From Fibrobacterales bacterium (lineage in GTDB: Bacteria; Fibrobacterota; Fibrobacteria; Fibrobacterales; JAOPTW01), in NCBI GenBank assembly GCA_051532055.1, contig JAOPTX010000003.1, positions 197,973 to 261,972 on the forward strand: a DNA stretch of 64,000 bases. Reading direction: 5' to 3'. Numbering within the stretch: the first letter of the stretch is position 1; the number at the start of each line of letters is the position of its first letter. The notes beneath the pieces were generated by a model. The model made no database searches. It saw nothing but the letters and a program-made list of their open reading frames with translations, and was not told where the DNA came from. A program made the translations under genes and the position numbers. Of this stretch, positions 1 to 10,382 are shown in pieces.

Positions 1-2
1 AA

Positions 3-2174
3 AGAGATATATCACTGTACAAACCTACCGGAACAGGAACGGCAAATGATCCTTATCTGATAGCAAATTTGGGCAACCTCTATTGGCTTTCTGAGGTTGA
101 TACTGCTTGGCATAACTATTTTCTTCAAACTGCTGATATTAATGCGGCCAAAACCCGCTATTGGTATGGCGGTGCAGGTATTAATTCTATTGGTAATAGC
201 ACTATAAAAACCTTTACAGGAGTGTATGATGGAGGGGGCCATGTTATAGATAGTGTATATTCTTTCTTTAGTTATGGTATAAGGCTTTATGAAAAGGGAC
301 TCTTTGGTGCTCTTGAAGGGGCGGAAATTAAAAACGTTGGTTTGACCAATGTATATATCGCAGGACACGAAAAAATCGGGGCTCTAGTTGGCAGAGCAGA
401 TAAGGGCAGCACTATTAGGAATAGTTATTCAACGGGGGAAGTAATGGGCTATGCTGATGTCGGAGGATTAGTAGGACGTATGGAAGGAGGGAGCATTAAT
501 ACGAGTTATAGTAGATGTGCTGTCACCAATTATTTTAGGGATTTCAGTGGTGGGCTTGTTGGCTCGGGTTATACTGTCGGTATATATAATAGTTATGCTG
601 CAGCTACTTTAGGTGCAGAGTCAGGCGGTTTAGTGGGGCACTTTACTGATGGACAAATAATAAACAGTTATAGTGTATCTCGCTTTATTGACATTACAGG
701 TTCAGGCGGTTTGGTTGCAAGCAATGTAAATAGCATTGTGAAAAATTCATTCTGGAATACCGACTCTGCTCATGGTATTATTGGTGGTGATGGTATTGGT
801 AAAACCAGTACAGAAATGCAAGACATTTCGCTGTATACCAATACTGGGAGTCCTGATCTTGATTCAGCATGGGATTTTATTTCAAATCCTCACAATGACA
901 CAGGCAATACTGACGTTTGGACATTTGAAATGGCTGGAGGGTATCCGGTAATAACTGCACAACTCTTCACTTTCCGCTACAATGCTGAAGTCAATGGACA
1001 GATATCTGGCTTAACGATTCAGAAAGTTGAGTTCGGTACTCAGGGGACAGAAGTTGTCGCTATTCCCGATGAAGGATACCATTTTGTGGTGTGGAGTGAT
1101 GGTGTCTTAGATAGTGCTCGTCAGGATACTATAGCAACAAAAGATAGTACAGTAACTGCTCAATTTGAAATCAATAAATACCCTGTAAGCTATAGTACAG
1201 ATACTGGGGGAATAGTCAATGGAGATACCGTTCAATCAATTGAGCATGGCTCAAATGCAACACCAGTAACTGCGGTGGCGAGTACCGGTTTTAAGTTTTT
1301 GCAGTGGTCTGACGGAATTCTAGATACCTTACGTACCGATGTTTCAATTACCAAGACTCTTACTGTTAGTGCAGAGTTTGAAGTAGCTTATTTTTCAGTA
1401 GAATACCATGTGGGTGATTTTGGAACAATTATTAAAGGAGATACCAATCAACGTATTGCCTTTCAGTCACGAGGTACAGAAGTCACAGTGGAACCAGATT
1501 CAGGATATATTTTTACGGGTTGGACGGATGGTAGTACTGCTAATCCACGGCTGGATACTGGTGTTACTACTACTTTCTCAGTAACGGCTCAGTTTGAGGT
1601 GGTAGGTACTATCATTGTTGATACTATAGGTCAGGATACTACACTCGGAGCGATCATTGATAGTATCTCAATGGTTGATATAGATACGCTTTCAAATACC
1701 AATCCTGATACTGTTCTAGACAACGATTTAGATTCAAATATCACAACTATTGCAGAAGATGAGTTAGTTTCATCATCTGAAAATGAGCTCAGTAGTGTTG
1801 GTGAACAAGAACCTCTCGTTGATTCACTTGAGCAACCCGAAGACAATTCTGATCAGGATAGGGTAGAGCTTTTATTTACGGATAACATGTTGAATAAGCA
1901 CAGAATGTCTATAGCAGCTCATAACAGAGATTACATAGAGGTGTTTGTATTTACTCCGGAAAAAAATGCTGAAGTTGTTTTTTATGATTTCAGAGGGCAA
2001 AAGATTGGATATGCCAAAAACTCACTATACTCAGATGGCATACATTATTTTACAATGGAAACAGGAGGGCAAGGAGTGGGACAATTACACGCTGGTCATT
2101 ATATAGCTGTCACCCAGTTAGGCATTGGTGCTCAGAAAAAGTATTTGAAAGCAGTTTTTACTGTGACTCATTAG
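3..2174 (+). CDS. Secreted GLUG-motif protein with InlB-B/Flg_new-type repeats and T9SS-like C-terminal domain (5' end lies outside the window)
   Basis: The frame is open from base 3 (RDISLYKPTGTGTANDPYLIANLGNLYW; GxGTxxDPYxI motif). It has VGGLVG GLUG repeats, three 'P.EGY.F..WSDG' repeats and a C-terminal 'VFYDFRGQKIG...GHYIA'. Confidence 0.8.
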   Translation, partial: RDISLYKPTGTGTANDPYLIANLGNLYWLSEVDTAWHNYFLQTADINAAKTRYWYGGAGINSIGNSTIKTFTGVYDGGGHVIDSVYSFFSYGIRLYEKGLFGALEGAEIKNVGLTNVYIAGHEKIGALVGRADKGSTIRNSYSTGEVMGYADVGGLVGRMEGGSINTSYSRCAVTNYFRDFSGGLVGSGYTVGIYNSYAAATLGAESGGLVGHFTDGQIINSYSVSRFIDITGSGGLVASNVNSIVKNSFWNTDSAHGIIGGDGIGKTSTEMQDISLYTNTGSPDLDSAWDFISNPHNDTGNTDVWTFEMAGGYPVITAQLFTFRYNAEVNGQISGLTIQKVEFGTQGTEVVAIPDEGYHFVVWSDGVLDSARQDTIATKDSTVTAQFEINKYPVSYSTDTGGIVNGDTVQSIEHGSNATPVTAVASTGFKFLQWSDGILDTLRTDVSITKTLTVSAEFEVAYFSVEYHVGDFGTIIKGDTNQRIAFQSRGTEVTVEPDSGYIFTGWTDGSTANPRLDTGVTTTFSVTAQFEVVGTIIVDTIGQDTTLGAIIDSISMVDIDTLSNTNPDTVLDNDLDSNITTIAEDELVSSSENELSSVGEQEPLVDSLEQPEDNSDQDRVELLFTDNMLNKHRMSIAAHNRDYIEVFVFTPEKNAEVVFYDFRGQKIGYAKNSLYSDGIHYFTMETGGQGVGQLHAGHYIAVTQLGIGAQKKYLKAVFTVTH

Positions 2175-2180
2175 GTCCTA

Positions 2181-2825
2181 TTGTATCCTATGAAAATCTA
2201 TACACAGAATCGAACGTACATTGTGACTATCAGCATATTATTCATACTCCTTGTACAAGTGAGTTGGGCAAATGATGCTATACCTCAATCAGCAGAAAAT
2301 ATAGCACCTCTTACCATAGGGGATACCGTTTCAGTTGATACCTGGAATGCACTCACCACAACTTTAAACGCCAAAGAATCTAAAAAACCATTGGTCGTTA
2401 TTTTTTATAGAGGTGGGTGGTGTCCCTATTGCAATAGCCATCTTAAAGAACTTCAAGCTATTGAGTCTGATATTATCAAAAAGGGATATACTTTACTGGC
2501 AGTGAGCCCCGATAAACCTTCTACGGTAGATGCTCATAAATCAAAGAAAAAGTTACCCATCACCTTAGTCTCTAATAGTGATATGAGTCTCGCCCTCGAT
2601 TTCGGTATTGCTTTTCAGGTACCTAAGAGTTTAGTTAACAAGTATTTGAAATCCTATAGTATTGATCTTGAAGGTGACTCAGGAAAAAAACATAATCTTC
2701 TTCCAGTGCCTTCAGTTTTTATAATCGATCGGACTCGAGTGATTCACTATGTCTATACCAATGCAAACTATAAGGTGCGCTTAAGTGGTGTGGAGCTTTT
2801 GAAGGTATTGGATACCATCAAATAA
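2181..2825 (+). CDS. Peroxiredoxin-like AhpC/TSA (redoxin) family protein with signal peptide
   Basis: FYRGGWCPYCN CxxC motif, AVSPD, LPVPSVFIID. The start may be ATG 2190. Confidence 0.85.
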   Translation: MYPMKIYTQNRTYIVTISILFILLVQVSWANDAIPQSAENIAPLTIGDTVSVDTWNALTTTLNAKESKKPLVVIFYRGGWCPYCNSHLKELQAIESDIIKKGYTLLAVSPDKPSTVDAHKSKKKLPITLVSNSDMSLALDFGIAFQVPKSLVNKYLKSYSIDLEGDSGKKHNLLPVPSVFIIDRTRVIHYVYTNANYKVRLSGVELLKVLDTIK

Positions 2826-3067
2826 AGTGTAGGGGAGCATTATGTTATTATGCGCATTATCTGATCATACTCTATCTCCATTCGTAGGCAATAGGTAATA
2901 CTATCTATATAATGTAAAGTCTTGAACAGACTTTAATCATAAATACTATGGAACAATAGATACAAGATAAATCCATCTCTGGACCGCTCTACAGCCCCTA
3001 ATAAGTCTATAATGCTATTCTTGTGTTTATTCTATACATTCATAAATACATACAAAGGGGGAAAGGG

Positions 3068-6000
3068 ATGAAATTCAGCTGCGTATTGGGGTTTTTACTG
3101 ATTTTACTATTAAATACGGTATTTGCAGGTCCAGTTACTGATCATGGAGACCTACAGGTGCTCAATAAAGGGGGAGAGTACGGGTATACAATCTGTGATA
3201 TTCATGGTACCCCTTACCAACTTAAAGGTTTTAGTGCCCTCGATCTCAAAAACTGGGATACCGAATGGGTAGTGGGTCATACAATCCCTAATATCGTTTC
3301 ACTTACCGGATCTAACGCAGTGCGTGTCGCTATGTATACCTATGAAGCGGCTCATGGGTATATGAACCAAGATGCCACGGGAAAGGCTCTGTATCGTCAA
3401 AAAATGAAGGATTTGATACAAGATGCAATCTTGTCTGATATCTATATCCTGGTTGATTGGCATATATTAAATGACCCCAATCCTTGGAGTACAGAGTATT
3501 ATAATGAAGCCTATAGCTTTTTTACTGAGATTGCTCAGGAGTATGGTGCCTTTGATAATGTACTCTTTGAACTCGGAAATGAGCCTCTCGCGGTGAGCTT
3601 CCCTCATACCATTAAACCATGGGCTGAACATGTGCTCAGTGGTATCAGACTCTACTCAGATAACCTTGCCACAGTCGGTACTCCAAATTGGAGTCAATCG
3701 GTAGGGGATGTGATACATAATCAAATCACCACTAATGTTGGTCGGGGTGTCCTCTATAACATTCACTTTTACGCAGCAACTCACGGTCAGTGGTTGAGAG
3801 ATGCAGGGAACAGTGCTCGTTTAAATAATGTGCCGCTTATCATCTCAGAGTTTGGAACCGTCGATGCCAGTGGTAATGGTACACTCGACTTGTATCAATC
3901 GGGACTCTGGCTTGATTGGGCTCAGAGTCATAATTATAGTTGGTTTAACTGGTCCCTCAGTGTTCGCGACGAAACATCAGCAGCGCTCATTAATAATGAC
4001 CTTGCAGGCCCATGGGTTCCGAGTGACTTTTCAACCTCAGGTCGTTGGATTCTTTCGCGCCTCGGGCAGACTTTTGTTGATCATTCAAATATTGCATTCG
4101 GTAAGACGGCTTATATGAGTAGCACCTATAGTGATTATTACGCATCAAGAGCCGTTGATGGTGTTGTAACTGGTTATAATCCTCAGTTGGCTCACAGTGC
4201 TGGAGGCCCAGCAGAGTGGCTTATGATTGATCTTGGGGCTGCATATGATATTACTGAAACCGAGTGGTTTAATAGACTGGACTGCTGTAGTGATCGCATG
4301 GATAGCTATAGTATTCAATATTCTCTTGATGGTTCTCAGTGGGTGACCGCGAGTGTACAGACTGAAGAGATGGCTTTTCCAACACGTATAGCTCTTAATG
4401 TAGCGGCGCGTTATGTACGAATAGTTTTGAATAAAGCAACGGCTATCAATCTAAGTGAAGTACAAATTTTTGGAACATTAGCACCGATAGATACTGATGG
4501 CGATGGAATTGAAGATCATGCTGATCAATGTCCAGAAACACCAATAGATGAAATTGTTGATGGCGTTGGTTGTGCGCAGTCCCAGCTTGATGATGATAAT
4601 GATGGCGCTATGAATGATGCAGATGTATGCCCGAGTACTCAATCAGGTGTGTTAGTTGACGCCTTTGGTTGTGGCATTGACAGCGATAGTGATGGAGTCT
4701 TTGATGGCCTTGACCAGTGTCCAGAAAGTCCAAGAGACTTTCCGGTCGATGTACAGGGGTGTGTTGTTGGGGTGACCAATGTTTCGTACGGAAAACAAGC
4801 CACTCAAAGCAGTACACATCCTTCTTACCCCAATTTGAATGCGAGTGTAGCTGTTGATGGAAACACGTCAGGTGGCTATCCCGATATTGCACATAACTAT
4901 AATGGTACTGCGGGCGAGTGGTGGCAGGTCGATCTTGGGGCGGTTTATTTTATTACATCGAGTAATTGGTGGAATCGTTCTGATTGTTGTTCGGATCGCA
5001 TGAGTAACTACACTATTCAAGTTTCTTTGGATGGAGGCGTTTGGACCACAGTATCTGATCAGAATACAATTATGGGTCGCCCCTCTACAATTGTTATTAA
5101 TACAGAGGCACGCTATGTGCGAATGATCATGAATAGTAATACAAACTTTAATTTTTCTGAAGCACAAATCTTTGGGGTACTATCACCACAAGATCACGAC
5201 AATGATGGTGTGTTGGATAGTGAAGACCTCTGTGTAAATACTCCTGAAGGTGAAATCATTGATGAAAATGGTTGTGCCGACTCTGAGAGAGATAGTGATA
5301 ATGATGGTGTCATTGATTTAGTTGATATATGCCCTTCAACAGAAACGAATGTAGTTGTTGAGGAGACGGGATGTGGAGTCGACAGTGATAGTGATGGAGT
5401 TTTTGATGGACTCGACCAGTGTACCGATACACCAACGGGCATAGCGGTTGATGTGCAAGGGTGTGTAACGGGAATAACCAATGTTTCTCAAGGGAAACAC
5501 GCTACTCAGACCAGCACGTATGCATCGCTCACGGCTTCTCGCGCAGTGGATGGTGACTTAAGTGCTCATCACAATGGTGCAAACCTTGCCCATACCAATG
5601 AATACAACGCCGGACACTGGTGGCAGGTTGACCTGGGTGATCTTTTCTACGTGACCAACAGTGTGTGGTATAACCGACTTGATTGTTGTAGTGACCGTAT
5701 GAATAACTATTCTGTGCAAGGTTCACTTGATGGTGTTGTATGGTTTACTATCTCACTTCAAACGACACAAATGGGATATGGCACTACTATACCTGTAGAG
5801 AGTCAGGCACGCTATATACGCTTGGTACAAAATAAAGCTGATGCAATCAATTTTGCAGAAGTGCAAATCTTTGGAGTAGTCGTACCTCAAGACGCTGACC
5901 TTGACGGTGTTATGGGGTCACAAGACCATTGTCCAACAACGCCGATTGGTGAGGTTGTTGATAGTAATGGATGTACAGATGATGAGCGCGATAGTGATTT

Positions 6001-6598
6001 CGATGGGGTGTATGATATAAACGATCAGTGTCCTGAAGCGGTAATTGGTGCATTAGTATCTCTCCATGGTTGTCCGAGTGATAGTGACGGTGATGGAGTG
6101 TTTGACGGTATTGATCAATGCGTGTCGACTCCCACAAGCGTTCCCGTAGATGGTACAGGGTGTATAACAGGTGTCGGTCTTGTTTCACGAGGGAAGAGTG
6201 CTATGCAGACGAGCACCTATCAAAGCCTTACAGCATCTCGCGCAGTCGATGGGGATTACTATGGTCGGCATAATGGCTATAACCTTGCGCACACTGATGG
6301 CGCGGGGATTGGTGCATGGTGGCAGGTTGACCTTGGAGCACTCCATTATGTTACCAGTACCTACTGGTGGAATCGTACTGATTGTTGTGCAGATAGAATG
6401 AACAACTATATCATTCAACGGTCTGTTGATGGCACAACGTGGATTGATGTGTCTTACCAAACAAGTCAGATGGGGAGTGGCACAGAGATATCGATTAATG
6501 GTGACGCACGTTATATTAGACTTATGATGAATAAGCATTCTGATATCAACTTCGCAGAAATGGAAGCGTGGGGAGTTGAGACGTTCTCAGAGATTTAA
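3068..6598 (+). CDS. GH5 (GH5_2-like) endoglucanase with 4 F-type lectin (CBM47-like) domains separated by thrombospondin type-3 repeats
   Basis: Signal peptide; VDWHIL, FELGNEP (acid/base), IHFYAATH, IISEFG (nucleophile). Four H-x26/27-R-x-DCC-x-DR domains and DxDxDGVxDxxDxCP repeats. ATG 3068 follows a GGGGAAAGGG RBS. Confidence 0.88.
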   Translation: MKFSCVLGFLLILLLNTVFAGPVTDHGDLQVLNKGGEYGYTICDIHGTPYQLKGFSALDLKNWDTEWVVGHTIPNIVSLTGSNAVRVAMYTYEAAHGYMNQDATGKALYRQKMKDLIQDAILSDIYILVDWHILNDPNPWSTEYYNEAYSFFTEIAQEYGAFDNVLFELGNEPLAVSFPHTIKPWAEHVLSGIRLYSDNLATVGTPNWSQSVGDVIHNQITTNVGRGVLYNIHFYAATHGQWLRDAGNSARLNNVPLIISEFGTVDASGNGTLDLYQSGLWLDWAQSHNYSWFNWSLSVRDETSAALINNDLAGPWVPSDFSTSGRWILSRLGQTFVDHSNIAFGKTAYMSSTYSDYYASRAVDGVVTGYNPQLAHSAGGPAEWLMIDLGAAYDITETEWFNRLDCCSDRMDSYSIQYSLDGSQWVTASVQTEEMAFPTRIALNVAARYVRIVLNKATAINLSEVQIFGTLAPIDTDGDGIEDHADQCPETPIDEIVDGVGCAQSQLDDDNDGAMNDADVCPSTQSGVLVDAFGCGIDSDSDGVFDGLDQCPESPRDFPVDVQGCVVGVTNVSYGKQATQSSTHPSYPNLNASVAVDGNTSGGYPDIAHNYNGTAGEWWQVDLGAVYFITSSNWWNRSDCCSDRMSNYTIQVSLDGGVWTTVSDQNTIMGRPSTIVINTEARYVRMIMNSNTNFNFSEAQIFGVLSPQDHDNDGVLDSEDLCVNTPEGEIIDENGCADSERDSDNDGVIDLVDICPSTETNVVVEETGCGVDSDSDGVFDGLDQCTDTPTGIAVDVQGCVTGITNVSQGKHATQTSTYASLTASRAVDGDLSAHHNGANLAHTNEYNAGHWWQVDLGDLFYVTNSVWYNRLDCCSDRMNNYSVQGSLDGVVWFTISLQTTQMGYGTTIPVESQARYIRLVQNKADAINFAEVQIFGVVVPQDADLDGVMGSQDHCPTTPIGEVVDSNGCTDDERDSDFDGVYDINDQCPEAVIGALVSLHGCPSDSDGDGVFDGIDQCVSTPTSVPVDGTGCITGVGLVSRGKSAMQTSTYQSLTASRAVDGDYYGRHNGYNLAHTDGAGIGAWWQVDLGALHYVTSTYWWNRTDCCADRMNNYIIQRSVDGTTWIDVSYQTSQMGSGTEISINGDARYIRLMMNKHSDINFAEMEAWGVETFSEI

Positions 6599-6623
6599 AC
6601 TATTTCTTTTAATTAATAATTAC

Positions 6624-6662
6624 TAAAGGCACGAATTGACATAGAGTCTATTCGTGCCTTTA
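6624..6662. terminator. Bidirectional intrinsic terminator between convergent GH5 and GH30 genes
   Basis: TAAAGGCACGAAT...ATTCGTGCCTTTA inverted repeat. Confidence 0.75.
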
Positions 6663-6665
6663 CTG

Positions 6666-8894
6666 TTAACGCACTCTATTTATTTGAACGATATATGCTC
6701 TACCATTGGTTTCGAGGTGGGAAATATCAATTGTTTTCGTCCCCACAAACTCCGTGTTTTCATAAAAAGTTCCCAGCAGTTCACCTGACACATTAAAGAG
6801 CGAAATAGTATACTCGCCTGGCTCTTGAATTGAAATCACTGCATGTGAACCTGTTTGCATTGAAGTATTTGCTGCTAATTGAGTATCAACTTCTGTTACC
6901 CCAATAGTTAATGTATCGGTATAGGGCATTGAACTACTCGAAAGTGCTGACGATGAAAGCTCCATACTACTTGAACTTTCAATGGAACTACTCAAAGAAG
7001 AGCTCGATGAAATAATAATTGAACTCGAGCTTTGCATTGCTGCTTCTTCTATAACCACTGTTTGGATGGCATGTCCTTCAATAGTTCCGGTAAATGAGTA
7101 TTCACCAAGGGTAATGCTGTATTCCGAAGTACTCTCTTCATCATTGAGGATTACTACTGCAATACTCCCATCACTGTTTAAAGCAGCGGTTACCTCTAGT
7201 TTTTCTTCACCCGAAATATTTACCTCTCGGGTAACACCTTCAAAAGTTGATTTTTTATCAGTATCCATCTCAGAATCATTTCCCTCTGTAGAAACTTCAA
7301 GTACTGTAGCGCCCGGACGAATAAATTTGCTGAAATGACCAAAAAGATAAAAAGTAGGATTGTAGTGTATCACAGCATCACTCCCACTCCCTTTAACCAT
7401 TACTGGCGCTGCGCACCAATTTCCAACATGATTGGGCCCGCCTTGATCATCTAAGACAATGTTCCAGTCAATCCAACCCGTTACCCAGTGATTCAAGCTT
7501 GAGATGATATCTCGACCATAGCGGTAGACGCCTTCAACAGCAGGTTGATGATAATACGGGTCAATGCCGAGTCCCTCACGGAGATAGTTATAGCCTTCAC
7601 CATCATCATATCCCCATGAGCCGTGATTGCGTTCCCACCACCATTTCCACCAGTCACTTCTCTCAAACCATGGGTTCTCCATGTTATTAGGGTGGGCATC
7701 ACTTGCTTGACAATTATCACCACACTTGTCTGGGTCATCAAAGCCAATACCTTCTCCAGGACTATCTCCCCTCAGCTGATCAATGGTAGCTTCTGTTGCC
7801 AATAACTTGAGGTGGGGATATTCTGTATGAAAAAATTCGAGTTCATCAATATAGGTGTTCCAGGTGCTCCAATACCAGTGGAGGCCAATACCATCAAAGT
7901 CACCTTTGTCAGATTGGTCTTCCATACCTTTTACAAATTGCTTTGCATGGTCACCTTTGTTTTGGTCGAATCCATATATTTCAATGCCTCCATAGCCAGC
8001 TTTTTCAAGAGCAGGAACGAGTGCATCATGCACATACTCGCCCTCTTGATCACCTTCAAAATGCATGCTTTCCCAGTTAGCGCCATTTCCATAAGGTTCA
8101 TTCACAGGGGTTAGCCCCCAGATATCTATGCCTTCGTTTTTATAGGCATCAAGGTAGGCAACTATGTAGTCGGCAAACGTTGGGTAATGTTCTTTTTTAA
8201 GAACACCACCAAAATAGCCATCACTGTCGGTATATTTTTTAATGACATCAGCATCTTTTTCACCTTCAATCTCTTTCATCCAAGGGGGAGCGGTCCATGG
8301 CGATGCGAGTAATTTCAAATGATCATCACCGGCTAATTCAAGTGCCTGCTTGATCATTGGAACAACATCATACTCCTCTTCTGTATCTTTTTTTATGGTA
8401 AAATCCGATAGATCTTCTTTCATTGCGTAGGTGTACTTGCCGGGCTCAGAAAAATCACAGCTTGCTATGTGAATTCGTGCGAGAGAATAGTGATTACCTT
8501 TAGGGCTAAAAAACGCCTCCATTATTTCATTACGTTTTTTCAGGGGTAATTTGTTGAGTACGATTGCTGATGACTCGGTGAGCGCGCCCCCAATGCCTGT
8601 AATCGTTTGTCGATAACTACTCGGATTAAGGTTTATAGAAATAGTAACAGCGCCATCTGGTGCACTTTTAGTGATAGCCGGGGAATCATCAAGTGGTGTA
8701 AGTTTTTTACCCTTTTTTGATGTTTCATAGATGGTGACGAGTTCGGGAATATAACCGGAAGATTCATTGGTACTGGATGAAAGCTCAGCATTGCTGGTAG
8801 TGAGCCCAAGGGTTAAAATAAAACTGATTACACTGACCAGTAGTGTAAGATTGTGGGTGTAGAGAGAAAAATAGATTGTATGTGAAAATATCAT
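6666..8894 (-). CDS. GH30 glycoside hydrolase (glucosylceramidase-like fold), Ser-rich linker, T9SS-like C-terminal domain
   Basis: QTITGIGGALTES, RIHIASCDFS, ASPWTAPPWMK, PVNEP, LATEA, GWIDWNIVLD..GGPNHV, GHFSKFIRPGA. Confidence 0.9.
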   Translation of the reverse strand: MIFSHTIYFSLYTHNLTLLVSVISFILTLGLTTSNAELSSSTNESSGYIPELVTIYETSKKGKKLTPLDDSPAITKSAPDGAVTISINLNPSSYRQTITGIGGALTESSAIVLNKLPLKKRNEIMEAFFSPKGNHYSLARIHIASCDFSEPGKYTYAMKEDLSDFTIKKDTEEEYDVVPMIKQALELAGDDHLKLLASPWTAPPWMKEIEGEKDADVIKKYTDSDGYFGGVLKKEHYPTFADYIVAYLDAYKNEGIDIWGLTPVNEPYGNGANWESMHFEGDQEGEYVHDALVPALEKAGYGGIEIYGFDQNKGDHAKQFVKGMEDQSDKGDFDGIGLHWYWSTWNTYIDELEFFHTEYPHLKLLATEATIDQLRGDSPGEGIGFDDPDKCGDNCQASDAHPNNMENPWFERSDWWKWWWERNHGSWGYDDGEGYNYLREGLGIDPYYHQPAVEGVYRYGRDIISSLNHWVTGWIDWNIVLDDQGGPNHVGNWCAAPVMVKGSGSDAVIHYNPTFYLFGHFSKFIRPGATVLEVSTEGNDSEMDTDKKSTFEGVTREVNISGEEKLEVTAALNSDGSIAVVILNDEESTSEYSITLGEYSFTGTIEGHAIQTVVIEEAAMQSSSSIIISSSSSLSSSIESSSSMELSSSALSSSSMPYTDTLTIGVTEVDTQLAANTSMQTGSHAVISIQEPGEYTISLFNVSGELLGTFYENTEFVGTKTIDISHLETNGRAYIVQINRVR

Positions 8895-9286
8895 TAGTGT
8901 CCTCTTAAAGTGTGTGTTCCTCTTATTAATATATGGAGGATAGCACCAGTAAATGAACGACTAAGTATTACTCAAAGTAAAAAATGCCTTTGTTACTCTT
9001 CGTAATATCTTTTTGTCCACAAAAAAGTGAACAATGGTAGTTGCTGTGTATGATCGAAAAACGCACTATTTCAAAAGAGTGGAGGTCTAGAGTAACTGTA
9101 TTTATGGGCTGTATCGCGGTATTGATAAAATTATTATTTTACTATAAGTAAAAATTAACTGATGAAGTACTACAGTTTAAGTAAGTGGTTTCAAGAAAGT
9201 ATACTTCAAGTATTCGTAATTGATGAACATTAATTTAATTTGTATACTGTTACTCCGTACTATTTTCCATCTAAAAAGAGGACATA

Positions 9287-9427
9287 ATGAAATATATTGT
9301 AACTTTTGCCTTAACACTTTTACTCTTGTCGTTCATTGGCTGCTCTAACTCTGATATGACTCATGTTGAAGGATGTGGCTGTATCAAATTGAGTTCAGAT
9401 GATTATCTATCTTCATCTGATGATTAG
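9287..9427 (+). CDS. Small 46-aa lipoprotein (not in the ORF track)
   Basis: AAGAGGA RBS; MKYIVTFALTLLLLSFIG-C lipobox; ends SSDDYLSSSDD*. Confidence 0.6.
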   Translation: MKYIVTFALTLLLLSFIGCSNSDMTHVEGCGCIKLSSDDYLSSSDD

Positions 9428-9475
9428 GTTACATTTGTAGTAAAGACACATTCTAAACATCTCAAGGCATACACT

Positions 9476-9811
9476 ATGATTGAATTCTGTTTACCTATAT
9501 TCACTACCTCGAACCTTGAAACAGCCATGGAGTTATATCAAGACCTGTTTAAGTTTAGTATTGACTCACAAGGGGAGGGGTTTGCCCAAATGAGTCGTGA
9601 TGGGGTGAGTATAATGTTACAGGAAACAGAGAACCCTATTATACAGCAGGTGTTATTTGGAGTATCAAGCTTTCGGGAGTTGTTCAAAGAGTTTAACATG
9701 AATGGCGTCATATTCATTCAACTCCCTGAAAATAGCGATAATGGTAATGAATTTAGAGTAAAAGATTACGATGGAAATATTCTTTGGTTTGTAGACTCTA
9801 AAAACTTGTAG
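9476..9811 (+). CDS. VOC/glyoxalase/bleomycin-resistance family protein
   Basis: 'P.F...NLE.A..LYQD.F.F' start and 'EFRVKDYDGNILWF' end. Confidence 0.75.
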   Translation: MIEFCLPIFTTSNLETAMELYQDLFKFSIDSQGEGFAQMSRDGVSIMLQETENPIIQQVLFGVSSFRELFKEFNMNGVIFIQLPENSDNGNEFRVKDYDGNILWFVDSKNL

Positions 9812-9923
9812 GAATTACTCACTCAATTAAAATAGATGAGCTCGATTCACTCCTGTTTATCTAACTTGTAGGCGTCAGCAATTCAGTAATTCAGCTGTTG
9901 CATACGGTAGGTATCGAGTCATT

Positions 9924-10382
9924 ATGATCTCAACAAAAAATAGAGAGATATTTCACATAGATGGGACCCTTCGTGATCTTTTTGTAAAAAATACAGGAAA
10001 AGTTGAGTGGCAATGTCTTATGCGTTTCCTTATGGACTCTGACCATGAGGTATCGCTCTTAAAGAATCATGAAAAAATTGCTATTACATCATTTAGGTTT
10101 AAAGATATTTTTGAAACCGACGAGTTGTTTGAACTCGAAATATTTCTTGATGCTGTAAAAGTAAACTGTCAGTTTTTTATTTCTACAGAAATAGAGCTCG
10201 ATATTGATCCTGCAGATATCAAAACAGATTCAGATGCCCAAAATGTTTTCACCTTCATGGAAGCAATTGGTACTGCATTGCTTCGTAATGTTTTACTGAC
10301 CGAAGAAAACTCTGAAAATCAGGTGATTGTGGAATATGATCATGAGTCTAATCAGATGGTGTATCGCTCAATTCGAAATTAA
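9924..10382 (+). CDS. Hypothetical acidic cytoplasmic protein
   Basis: 152-aa ORF with DGTLRDL and EIELDIDP motifs; no signal peptide. Confidence 0.65.
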   Translation: MISTKNREIFHIDGTLRDLFVKNTGKVEWQCLMRFLMDSDHEVSLLKNHEKIAITSFRFKDIFETDELFELEIFLDAVKVNCQFFISTEIELDIDPADIKTDSDAQNVFTFMEAIGTALLRNVLLTEENSENQVIVEYDHESNQMVYRSIRN

